NCBI GenBank assembly: GCA_028345065.1
Contig: JAOMCN010000002.1
Span: 13,044-77,043, forward strand
Direction: 5' to 3'
DNA from: Rhodospirillales bacterium
GTDB lineage: Bacteria; Pseudomonadota; Alphaproteobacteria; Rhodospirillales; UBA2165
Length of the DNA stretch: 64,000 bases
The position numbers and the translations under genes are program-made. Positions 18,126 to 27,354 of this stretch are shown here, in pieces (the first letter of the stretch is position 1; each line of letters opens with the position of its first letter). Under the pieces are notes generated by a model. The model did not search any database and had not been told where the DNA came from. It saw only the letters and a program-made list of their open reading frames with translations.

Positions 18126-19161
18126 AGACCATTCAGTTGTTTCTTTTCCCGCAAGAGCATCGGAAATCCTGGAAATCGCTTCGATTGATCGTATTTCACG
18201 CGATCAAGATGGAAAAATCAAAGGATTTCAGAGACCTCAAATTGCCCTCCATATCAATGAAATAAGGGATTACCTATCGCAAGATGATGCCGTCCTGCCA
18301 AATCCTATTGTCCTGGCCTTCACGGAGGCGGTTGAAGTTACCGAAATAGATGGCAAACTTGTCGAATTTACCATTGATATTTCCAAGGGAGCACCAGGTT
18401 TAGTCGTCGACGGACAACAGAGACTTACGGCCTTAAGCGGCATTCCAGGAAAAGACTTTGAGGTATTTGTTTCTGCACTGATTTGCAAAGACGAAGAAGA
18501 ACTCAGAAAACAATTTATCCTCATTAACAACACCAAACCCCTACCAAAGTCTTTGATTTATGAATTGCTTCCCGAGGTCGGTGGTCTGCCTGAAAGGCTT
18601 TCGTCAAGATCGCTGGCTGCTAAACTCATTGAAATGCTCAATTACCAGGAGGGGTCTGCACTTAAGGGGCAGATCAACCAACATACCAATCCAGATGGTG
18701 TATTGGGCGATTACTCCATTCAAAAGTTAATCATGAATTCTTTGAGCGACGGTGCCTGCCGTGAAATGATGTCTGACGACGATGGCATGGAGAAGTGTTT
18801 ATCCCTCGTTAGTGAATTCTTTTTTGCAGTCCAACAGACATTTCCTGAAGCTTGGCATGATCATACCGTGAAGACATCCCGCCTTCTCCACGGAGCTGGT
18901 TTGATTTCCATGGGATATGTAATGGAGTTTTTGTATTTTAGGGATAACGCCAAAACAAGAGGGGACTTTCTGAACGGACTTAAACCTTTTGAGGGGCGTC
19001 TTCCATGGACCAAAGGCGAATGGGTATTTGAAGAAAATGAAACCCGTCCCTGGAATAGCATACAAAATCTAAACCGCGATATTCAGTTACTGGCGTCATA
19101 CTTAACAAGGGAACTCAAAAGGCACTCAAACCAAAAAATAGTCCCACTCCAGACAGCTTAA
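18079..19161 (+). CDS. dpdB: DGQHR-domain protein DpdB (paralogue 2)
   Basis: GFQRPQI, LPNPIVLAF, VVDGQQRL, QFILINNTKPLPKSLIYELLP, SRLLHGAG. ATG at 18079 follows GGGAGG and overlaps the dpdA end. Confidence 0.82.
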   Translation: MDQQMKFSAIRAKQSKDHSVVSFPARASEILEIASIDRISRDQDGKIKGFQRPQIALHINEIRDYLSQDDAVLPNPIVLAFTEAVEVTEIDGKLVEFTIDISKGAPGLVVDGQQRLTALSGIPGKDFEVFVSALICKDEEELRKQFILINNTKPLPKSLIYELLPEVGGLPERLSSRSLAAKLIEMLNYQEGSALKGQINQHTNPDGVLGDYSIQKLIMNSLSDGACREMMSDDDGMEKCLSLVSEFFFAVQQTFPEAWHDHTVKTSRLLHGAGLISMGYVMEFLYFRDNAKTRGDFLNGLKPFEGRLPWTKGEWVFEENETRPWNSIQNLNRDIQLLASYLTRELKRHSNQKIVPLQTA

Positions 19162-19170
19162 TGGCTATTC

Positions 19171-19881
19171 ATGACTAGCGATTTTGAAAACTCAGCGTTG
19201 GTCCTGTTTTCAGGAGGGCAAGACTCAACCACGTGCCTTGCCTGGGCATTAGATAGATATAAGAGAGTGGAAACAGTTGGCTTCGACTACGGACAGAGGC
19301 ATGCAGTTGAATTGGACTGCCGTACAACCATACGCAGCAATATTGCCCCCCTAAAGGAGGAGTGGAAAGATCGCCTAGGAGAAGATCACGTCCTCGACAT
19401 CAAGGTCCTAGGTGAGATAGGCGAGACGGCAATGACGCGAGACGTGGAAATCACTTATGAAGAAACGGGATTACCCAATACCTTTGTTCCAGGACGAAAT
19501 TTAATTTTTTTCAATTTCGCTGCCGCCCTCGCCTATCGCCGTGGCATCAAACATCTCGTAGGTGGAATGTGCGAAACAGATTACTCAGGGTATCCCGACT
19601 GCAGAGATGATACCTTGAAGTCACTGCAGGCGACCTTGAACCTAGGAATGGAAATGAGGTTCGTCGTCCATACCCCACTAATGTGGATTGATAAGGCTGA
19701 AACCTGGAAGATGGCAGAAGAGTTGGGCGGTGGTCCCTTAATCAGTTTAATTATAGAGGAAACTCACACCTGTTATATCGGTGACCGTAAAACCAAATCC
19801 GAATGGGGGTATGGATGCGGAGACTGTCCCGCATGTCAGCTCAGAAAAAATGGGTGGAATGCCTGGAATAATTCCAGCTAA
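19171..19881 (+). CDS. queC: 7-cyano-7-deazaguanine (preQ0) synthase
   Basis: [36 protein letters not shown]...[11 protein letters not shown]. Confidence 0.95.
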   Translation: MTSDFENSALVLFSGGQDSTTCLAWALDRYKRVETVGFDYGQRHAVELDCRTTIRSNIAPLKEEWKDRLGEDHVLDIKVLGEIGETAMTRDVEITYEETGLPNTFVPGRNLIFFNFAAALAYRRGIKHLVGGMCETDYSGYPDCRDDTLKSLQATLNLGMEMRFVVHTPLMWIDKAETWKMAEELGGGPLISLIIEETHTCYIGDRKTKSEWGYGCGDCPACQLRKNGWNAWNNSS

Positions 19882-20028
19882 TAATTGTCGCAAGAATGGC
19901 TAAATCTCGAATAAGATTTGAATACAACTTACACAATTAATTACTCTCCTCTTGTATTCCTATATCTAATTGATTTAAATAGAAAAAATACACGGCAAAA
20001 CCAATTAAATTTCTCTGGGGAGGGAACT

Positions 20029-23000
20029 TTGAGTTGGCCGTATGTCACATCAAGCGACGACCACGCCAAAGATCTTGGTGTTGGGAAGCTTGTTGCCATT
20101 GATGACGTAAAAGCAGTCATTCATTATTTTCACAATCCCGCCGAGACCTCAATTGAAAGAGAAGTGCTGTCGCCAAGCGTTCAACCAGCGGAAATCTTGA
20201 GGCAAACCAGGGCATATTATGACGATCCCCAGAGAGGGTGGCGCGTTGGAAGAGTGATGTCCGCCGATAGACCGGCAAACAGGGTATTTGTTCGCTTCCC
20301 AGGTAGGGTTGAGGAGGATCTGAGTACCGACGATGTTTATGTTCGTTGGAACAAACCGGTTGACGACCCCTCTCATTATCTAGCCGAACTCCTCACTGAA
20401 ACCAGCCGTTTCTCAGTAGCTAGGCATGATTTTATGGCCTCACTTAATCGCCAAAGAACAGCGTGTAGAGGAATGTCCGCCTTAATTTCATCCCAAATTG
20501 AGTTACTGGATCATCAAATCAATGTCATAGAAAAAGTCCTTCAGGATCCGGTACAGCGATACCTGCTAGCCGATGAAGTCGGTCTCGGGAAAACAATTGA
20601 AACTGGGGTTATCATCCGACAAAGGGTCATCGATAATCCTAAAAACCATAAAATATTAATTTTAACGCCCCCACAATTAACTCTCCAGTGGCAATTAGAA
20701 CTCAAAGAAAAGTTTAATTTAACCAGTCAATTGGGGGAAGGTTCCGTTATCATCATTCCGTTTGATAACCCGGAGCAACTCAAACACCATATGGTTGGCG
20801 CTGATATGATCGTAGTGGATGAAGCCCATCATATTGGAACTAATGTTGAGTTACATAAAACACTGCTTAAGAATGTAAAAAGTATTCCCAGCATTATTCT
20901 TCTAACAGCTACCCCTGTCCTAAATAATGAGGAAAAATACCTCCAAATACTTAATTTACTCGATCCCGTTGTTTATTCATTAGATAAAAAAAATGAGTTC
21001 ACGACAAAAATAAAAAACCGGGATGAACTGGCAAGAACTGTAGCGCAATTATTGCCGATTAATTGCCTTATTCTGGACGATTACCTCAATAAATTAAAAA
21101 AAATGTTTCCATCTGATGGCATCTTGTCCGAAACTTGCGCCGCATTAGAAAAAACACTCAAAACAGTTACCGACGAAACCGATCCTGTTTTCTTAGATCA
21201 GTTAGCAGTTCTCAAGGCCCATGTTTCTGAGACTTATCGCCTCGACAGACGAATTCTAAGAAATCGACGACAAAGTGTGGAAGGATTAACTCCTGAACGA
21301 GATGGTGTGGAATTTATAGACTACTCTTCCTCCGACAACGCTCACATCTTTCAACAAATAAATACCTGGCGTACAGAATGTATGAGCGAATTCTATGGAC
21401 GGGATGATAGCCCGGAATACCAAGGTCTAAGAAAAACTTTCGCTGAGATTGTTGATGCAACTCTGACTTCCAGAGAAAAACTATTAACTGTTATTGCTGG
21501 TAGGGAAAGTTCCAATACCCCAGGAACCGTAGATTTATTATTTGAAGCAGAATGGGCAGCTAAAACGATGTCCTACCTGACCAACAATCTCATAGACGAA
21601 GAAAAATGTGATCAGTTACTCCGTTTAGTAGAACAATTAAGAAAAACGCAGAAGATCGTGATATTTTGCAGCGACCGAAAAACAGCCAGGCATATCTCGA
21701 AGTATCTTGATGAGAATACCGATTACGAAATTTGTGAACACATTGACGATACTGATCATAATTCTCCGAACTGGCGACAGTTTCTTGAGAGCGACGATCA
21801 CCCCGTCCTCGTTTGCAGCCAAGTTGCCGAAGAAGGTCTAAATCTGCAAGGTGGTGAAAAATGCGTTATCCACTTTGACCTTCCTATCAACCCGAACCGA
21901 ATTGAACAGCGTATTGGTCGCCTGGACAGATTTGGAACTGGACAAAAAATTAAATCATACGTCTTAAGATGTGAGGACAGCCCCCTGGAAGGTGCTTGGA
22001 GTGAAGTATTAGATGCAGGTTTATCCGTTTTTGATCAATCGATAGCAAGTTTGCAGTATGTCATTGAAGAACAGTTAACCCAAACCCGGGAAAGCCTCCT
22101 GGAAGAGGGGGAAGAGGCCTTTCAGCAACTAACTGAAAAGTTATCCGGAGATGATGGAATTGTTGCCCAGGAACTGGATAAAATTAAAAATCAAGAGATT
22201 TTAGATAGTCTCGAAGAGATTAATGAAGATCGTTATGATGGATTATATGATGTAGACGCTAAAGGACGGGGAATTCAAGCTGCGGTGCAGGGATGGTCCT
22301 GTAAAATCCTTCAGCTAAAAAAGTTCTTTGATGACCCAACCATTGAAGTCTTCAATTACCCTCCTTATTTCAATGATATAAATTTGGACGCGCACCAGAG
22401 GGAAGTACGCCAGATTATAGCTAAATGGCTAAGGGAAAATCCCCAAGAAAGCATTTGGGATCAGACCAAAGCAACTCCCGTTCCTATTGGAAACCAACCA
22501 GATCGGCTTAAGATATTGGAAGATCAGACAATGGATCTTCTATACAGCGAGGCCATTATTCCAGAAAGCCAGAACAATAAGTCCGACCCCAGGGACATAG
22601 ACGACCTTATGGAGTTCTTGAGGTTCAGGCTCAGTCCACTGGTTCTCCAGTTTGCGGGGTCCAAAATTGCACTTGAGGAAACCCATCGATTTAAATACGA
22701 CCCCCTTACATCATTGATTCCCGCCGACAGATTTATTATGGAAATTAGTACGTCAGTAATCCATTCAAATCACCGCCGGGCGGGAAAAGGTTACATGACA
22801 TTTCCATATACGTCGAAACGTCTTACAGCCGTTTCACGAAAACAACCTGATATACGCGTTTTGCGGTATGGAGAAGAATTTATATCAGGTATTATGAAAA
22901 TCACCGAGAGCGAAGACAGAGGAAAGAGTACGGCACTTTGGAGAAGAGTAAACAACTACTCCCCAGACAATGGAACTGCCGATTTATTTTTTCGATGCAG

Positions 23001-23844
23001 TTTTCTCATTGAAACTGATACTGATACCGCCTTAAAACATTTGTCAGACACTGATGACGACGAAGTTGATTCTTCCTTAGAGGCGGTCTTAAAACGCAGA
23101 GGTGACATGGTTTTTCCAGGCTTTTACGAAACAGTGTGGATTAACGAGGAGTTAGAACTTGTCGATGAAACATTTATTACCAATAACCTGATTTGGCAAT
23201 TTGGAGCACGGAACAGAAACGACGACCAGAGAAACTGGGATATAAAAACCAACGAACTTTGGGAAGTGCTATTTTCCAGACTTCCGGATCACAAAAATAT
23301 ATGGAAAGACCTGGTTCTCTCCGTGCCCGGGAAAGGGAGGGAGGCATTGTTAAAAAAAACACAACTTTCCACTAAATCACAAACGGCTATCGACGACATG
23401 CGTGCGATTGATGTGCGACGATTTGCCCAATTAAATACGAGGATTGCAAATCCTGATAACCCGTCGATATTATCGGATCAAGAGGCCCTTAAAAGAGAAC
23501 AGAAAATCTCAAAGTTTCTCGAAAAGGGAATAAAAAACCCCAAAATTATTTTGGACGCAATTTCAGCGGTCTTTTTGTCCAATCAGGATTTTGGGTCTAA
23601 AACTGACATAGTTGAACCTCCAGCCTCGCCTAAACATGTCAAAACGAAAAAAGCCTCGCCTAAACATGTCAAAACGAAGCGAGCCTCAATCCACCCGGTG
23701 GAAGAGATTGTTGGCGAAGTAGTCGAGGAGGCAATCGTCGGCGAGATTGTGAAATCAATCATCAATGGCAGTAGTGATGACGAAGAAGAGAAGAACACCG
23801 AAGATGGAAAAAACCCCCTTAATTTGAACTCAAGACGCTTATAA
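20029..23844 (+). CDS. dpdE: DpdE, SNF2/RapA-like helicase
   Basis: LLADEVGLGKTIE, VVDEAHH, LTATP, EGLNLQ, IEQRIGRLDRFG; position at the head of dpdE-K,D. Likely TTG start after GGGAGGG (track start 19918). Confidence 0.8.
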   Translation: MSWPYVTSSDDHAKDLGVGKLVAIDDVKAVIHYFHNPAETSIEREVLSPSVQPAEILRQTRAYYDDPQRGWRVGRVMSADRPANRVFVRFPGRVEEDLSTDDVYVRWNKPVDDPSHYLAELLTETSRFSVARHDFMASLNRQRTACRGMSALISSQIELLDHQINVIEKVLQDPVQRYLLADEVGLGKTIETGVIIRQRVIDNPKNHKILILTPPQLTLQWQLELKEKFNLTSQLGEGSVIIIPFDNPEQLKHHMVGADMIVVDEAHHIGTNVELHKTLLKNVKSIPSIILLTATPVLNNEEKYLQILNLLDPVVYSLDKKNEFTTKIKNRDELARTVAQLLPINCLILDDYLNKLKKMFPSDGILSETCAALEKTLKTVTDETDPVFLDQLAVLKAHVSETYRLDRRILRNRRQSVEGLTPERDGVEFIDYSSSDNAHIFQQINTWRTECMSEFYGRDDSPEYQGLRKTFAEIVDATLTSREKLLTVIAGRESSNTPGTVDLLFEAEWAAKTMSYLTNNLIDEEKCDQLLRLVEQLRKTQKIVIFCSDRKTARHISKYLDENTDYEICEHIDDTDHNSPNWRQFLESDDHPVLVCSQVAEEGLNLQGGEKCVIHFDLPINPNRIEQRIGRLDRFGTGQKIKSYVLRCEDSPLEGAWSEVLDAGLSVFDQSIASLQYVIEEQLTQTRESLLEEGEEAFQQLTEKLSGDDGIVAQELDKIKNQEILDSLEEINEDRYDGLYDVDAKGRGIQAAVQGWSCKILQLKKFFDDPTIEVFNYPPYFNDINLDAHQREVRQIIAKWLRENPQESIWDQTKATPVPIGNQPDRLKILEDQTMDLLYSEAIIPESQNNKSDPRDIDDLMEFLRFRLSPLVLQFAGSKIALEETHRFKYDPLTSLIPADRFIMEISTSVIHSNHRRAGKGYMTFPYTSKRLTAVSRKQPDIRVLRYGEEFISGIMKITESEDRGKSTALWRRVNNYSPDNGTADLFFRCSFLIETDTDTALKHLSDTDDDEVDSSLEAVLKRRGDMVFPGFYETVWINEELELVDETFITNNLIWQFGARNRNDDQRNWDIKTNELWEVLFSRLPDHKNIWKDLVLSVPGKGREALLKKTQLSTKSQTAIDDMRAIDVRRFAQLNTRIANPDNPSILSDQEALKREQKISKFLEKGIKNPKIILDAISAVFLSNQDFGSKTDIVEPPASPKHVKTKKASPKHVKTKRASIHPVEEIVGEVVEEAIVGEIVKSIINGSSDDEEEKNTEDGKNPLNLNSRRL
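23622..23688 (+). repeat. 30-bp tandem duplication (ASPKHVKTKK) in the DpdE tail
   Basis: agcctcgcctaaacatgtcaaaacgaa at 23622 and 23652; partial third copy at 23682. Confidence 0.85.
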
Positions 23845-23845
23845 T

Positions 23846-26452
23846 ATGGCATTTGACTATCTGTTCATTAACAAAATTTTTTCCGAATGGGAAAATACAA
23901 CGATCGAAGAGATTAAAGCTGCCTCACCGCAATCAACTGATGATGAGCTTCTCATGCGGATTAAACTTCACGTTATGGAGATTAAGGAGAAAGGTAGAAT
24001 ATTAAGTAAAGCTGACTTCATTCCTCTTATCAGGCAACTTTTATTAAATCAGAAGGCCAAAAATCTATCGGACAAATTGACGGTCCCCACAAATGACGGT
24101 TGGCCCACCAAAAAAGAATGGGCAAACTCATCTTTTCAGATTGTAGAAACTGGTTCTCAATATGAGATAAGGCCCAAAGGTTGGCGACCAAAATGGCTTC
24201 GTGGTCCCGACAGGAAAGACGACATCTATCTGGACCTTCTTGAGGAGGGTGACCGCGATCCACCACCAAGTTTTTCAATGGAATGGTTTTTAAAATGTGC
24301 GACGGGCTACGAAACCTATCAAAACTTGGTACAGCGGGAAGCCTTAAGAAGTATATTCCTTATGCCCCTTGGCTCGACCTTAATTGTCAACATACCGACC
24401 GGATCTGGTAAGACAACACTTGCCCAGGCAGAATTCTTAACTCTTGCCGATAGATCGCAGGTACCGCTTACCATCGTCGCGGTTCCAACGACATCCCTTG
24501 CAATTGACTTAGAACGGCGAACAAAAGATTTATTAGAGAAAACCGGTAAAACCCGTTGGAAAAACCATCATTTTACTTTTTACACAGGGATGAAAGGTCA
24601 AGAACAAGTTCGACAAACAATCAAGAAAAATATCCGACACGGCACCCAGGGAATTCTATTTGCCAGTCCCGAGACAATTGTTGGATCGTTTTCTCCGGCC
24701 CTTTTTGACGCAGTTAAAAGCGATAACCTGTCACTTTTTGTGGTAGATGAAGCGCATATGGTCTGCGAGTGGGGAGATGACTTTCGGAGTGAATACCAGG
24801 TCCTCCCCGGTTTGCGGCGCGGTCTATTAAAACATTGTCCAAATAAAAAATTCCGCACAATCTTGATGTCCGCGACCCTTACGCCGTCCAATTTGGACAC
24901 TCTCGAAGAACTATTTGGGCCAAAAGACGAAGTCCAAATTTTCTCTGCCGTCTCATTACGGAGGGAACCCACCTACTGGAGTAATTTTGCAGAGAGCAAA
25001 GCAAAAAAAGACGAACGCCTGGATGAGGCACTACGTCACGTACCGCGACCATTTATTTTATATATGTCGAAACCAGAGGACGTGAAAAATTATACACGCA
25101 GCTTAAAAAACAAGCATGGTTATCGCCGGATAGAGGAATTCCACGGCGGGACCAACGGCAAAGAACGGGAACGGATTATCAAGCAATGGCAAAAAGATGA
25201 AATTGACGGTATCATCGCAAATTCTGCCTTTGGCTTGGGAATTGACAAGTCCAATGTCCGCACCGTTATACACGGCGCCCTCCCGGAAACACTGGACCGC
25301 TTTTACCAGGAGGTAGGTCGGGGTGGAAGAGACGGAAAGCCCTCTGCATCAATTTCTATTTACTGCGATGAAGACATTTCTATAGCTAAAAACTTGGCTA
25401 AAGATAGTGTCATTGGGACCGATAGATCTTTCGAACGATGGGAAACAATGTGGAACCAAAAAGACGACGGAAAAACTCTGAGAAATGATTTATTTGTCTT
25501 GGACTACACTATACCCCCGAAAGACATCTCCCAAATAACACCTGCAAACAATGCGTGGAATTTAAAAATTATAAACTCTCTAAACCGCTGCGGCATGATT
25601 GAAACGGATTTTGAACCGATTGATTTATCACAAACACAACTTTTTGAGGGTAGTGATGAGGAAAAACAGGAGTTGCTCGATAAGGAGTGGAAAAATTATC
25701 ATAATAGGATCTTCATTCGTATTGAAGATGAGAACCATCTAGACAAAGAATATTTTGCTCAGAAATTACGTCACCTCTGGGATGATGAGAAAAATGACGG
25801 AGAGGCGTCTCTCGAGAAACTTCAACAGGCCCTTAACGGCGATCAGGAGATGGGACAAATCTTATCTGGATTATATACTGATGACGTCCGCGGAATTAAT
25901 GTCTCACATTCCTGCCGAGGATGCCCGGGAAAATGCGATCGTGAGACCAGGCGAATTTCCAACGGATTGCAATATATAAAGCCATTAAAGCAGCTGGAAC
26001 CGTCGCTGTGCAATATCGAAAAGTTAAGCAAGAAAGATATAACTGAATTCTATTTGTTTTATGAAGAAGGGCAACTGGAACCCAATATATATGAATTAAT
26101 CGATAAACTGATTAAGGAATATGGCGTCAGATACGTTTTATTCTCCAACACCCAATTTAAGGACCGTGTTGAGGCAAAATTATTGGAAAACACTTATTTT
26201 GATGAAATTCTGTTTCTTGGGGACTTAAACATAGAGACAAATTATTGGAACAGGACAATAAAAATTCCGACGGCGCAGATTTATTACCCGCACGAAACAG
26301 ATCGCTTGCCGAATACCCGACTAGACCTCCTGAACCCCTACCCCTCTGTCTCCGTCGTCCCGTCAAAAATCAAAAGCCATAAACATGATCATCGTCTTTT
26401 AATTGAAGACGTACCCTTCAAAAACCATTTGTCCGTTGGGGAGTTTCTCTAA
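23846..26452 (+). CDS. dpdF: DpdF, RecQ-like helicase
   Basis: IPTGSGKT, SPE, VVDEAH..EWGDDFR, MSAT, AFGLGIDK, FYQEVGRGGRDG; synteny. Confidence 0.8.
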   Translation: MAFDYLFINKIFSEWENTTIEEIKAASPQSTDDELLMRIKLHVMEIKEKGRILSKADFIPLIRQLLLNQKAKNLSDKLTVPTNDGWPTKKEWANSSFQIVETGSQYEIRPKGWRPKWLRGPDRKDDIYLDLLEEGDRDPPPSFSMEWFLKCATGYETYQNLVQREALRSIFLMPLGSTLIVNIPTGSGKTTLAQAEFLTLADRSQVPLTIVAVPTTSLAIDLERRTKDLLEKTGKTRWKNHHFTFYTGMKGQEQVRQTIKKNIRHGTQGILFASPETIVGSFSPALFDAVKSDNLSLFVVDEAHMVCEWGDDFRSEYQVLPGLRRGLLKHCPNKKFRTILMSATLTPSNLDTLEELFGPKDEVQIFSAVSLRREPTYWSNFAESKAKKDERLDEALRHVPRPFILYMSKPEDVKNYTRSLKNKHGYRRIEEFHGGTNGKERERIIKQWQKDEIDGIIANSAFGLGIDKSNVRTVIHGALPETLDRFYQEVGRGGRDGKPSASISIYCDEDISIAKNLAKDSVIGTDRSFERWETMWNQKDDGKTLRNDLFVLDYTIPPKDISQITPANNAWNLKIINSLNRCGMIETDFEPIDLSQTQLFEGSDEEKQELLDKEWKNYHNRIFIRIEDENHLDKEYFAQKLRHLWDDEKNDGEASLEKLQQALNGDQEMGQILSGLYTDDVRGINVSHSCRGCPGKCDRETRRISNGLQYIKPLKQLEPSLCNIEKLSKKDITEFYLFYEEGQLEPNIYELIDKLIKEYGVRYVLFSNTQFKDRVEAKLLENTYFDEILFLGDLNIETNYWNRTIKIPTAQIYYPHETDRLPNTRLDLLNPYPSVSVVPSKIKSHKHDHRLLIEDVPFKNHLSVGEFL

Positions 26453-27348
26453 TGGCTATCCTGAATGTTGATTGCCAGCTTAACGTCCTTTTACTGATTT
26501 GCGATGTGCTATCGGAAGTCGGACCTACTCCAAAGAAAGAGTTAGTCACCCTTTGTGTGTCTGGCGTCGAAAACGATCCAAACAAACGAACCTTGGGAAG
26601 TATCAACCAATTTAATAATATAGGAGAGGGTGTAGGCCTCTTTGATGAAGATACCAATCAGACAATCTCCTTTGCCAAAGAATACCAGGAAATAGACAAG
26701 TGCCCCCCCCAAGAACGCCTCGAAAAACTTCCCAAATTATTAAGGCGTGCAATCTTTAGCAACCAGTTAAAGGACGACTTCATGACCAGTAACGAAGGCT
26801 CCAATGACATAAACCGAGCCTTCGCCTGGTTACTATCCCAGGATGTTTATACCATGTCTCTGGCAAACAATCCCATGTTTGAATTGGAGAGAGAGCAGTT
26901 TAAAAAGACAAGAGAGCGGGTTCTGGACGATAACAGTTCCAGGACACGTAATATGAGAGAGTGGGGCACCTTCCTGGGGTTTATTGATCAGTCCTCTAAT
27001 GACGCTATCATTGACCCTACAAGGGCAATTCAGGAAACTCTTCCAGATGTCTTCGGAAGGAAGAAAGAACTAAAGGCAGAGGAGTTTATCAAACGTCTCG
27101 CCGAAGAACTTCCCCCTTTAGATGGAGGTAAATTCCGAAACGCCGTTGAAAAATGTCTAGATACGAAATCTTGGAACAAACCTGAGGACGGCGTTTTATC
27201 AAAGTCACTGTCCAGGGCACTCTGGCGCCTTCACAAAAATCCAAAAACACAATTTCAGATGGAACCCAGAGCGGATGCCGGATCGTGGGGCCTAGATTTA
27301 CCACAAGGCGCCAACCCTAGAAGCTTTAGCCATGTGAGAGGGAGTTAA
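26452..27348 (+). CDS. dpdG: DpdG
   Basis: MAILN start; DPTRAI, LPPLDGGKFR, SLSRAL; size and synteny between dpdF and dpdH. Confidence 0.7.
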   Translation: MAILNVDCQLNVLLLICDVLSEVGPTPKKELVTLCVSGVENDPNKRTLGSINQFNNIGEGVGLFDEDTNQTISFAKEYQEIDKCPPQERLEKLPKLLRRAIFSNQLKDDFMTSNEGSNDINRAFAWLLSQDVYTMSLANNPMFELEREQFKKTRERVLDDNSSRTRNMREWGTFLGFIDQSSNDAIIDPTRAIQETLPDVFGRKKELKAEEFIKRLAEELPPLDGGKFRNAVEKCLDTKSWNKPEDGVLSKSLSRALWRLHKNPKTQFQMEPRADAGSWGLDLPQGANPRSFSHVRGS

Positions 27349-27354
27349 TCGAGT

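Noticed and set aside
15625-19161. DGQHR genes as a Dnd phosphorothioation system
   Set aside because: No dndA/C/D/E-like genes are present; the flanking TGT-like gene and queC indicate Dpd.
19171-19881. queC as QatC of QatABCD
   Set aside because: It has canonical QueC length and motifs, and no adjacent KAP-ATPase or TatD.
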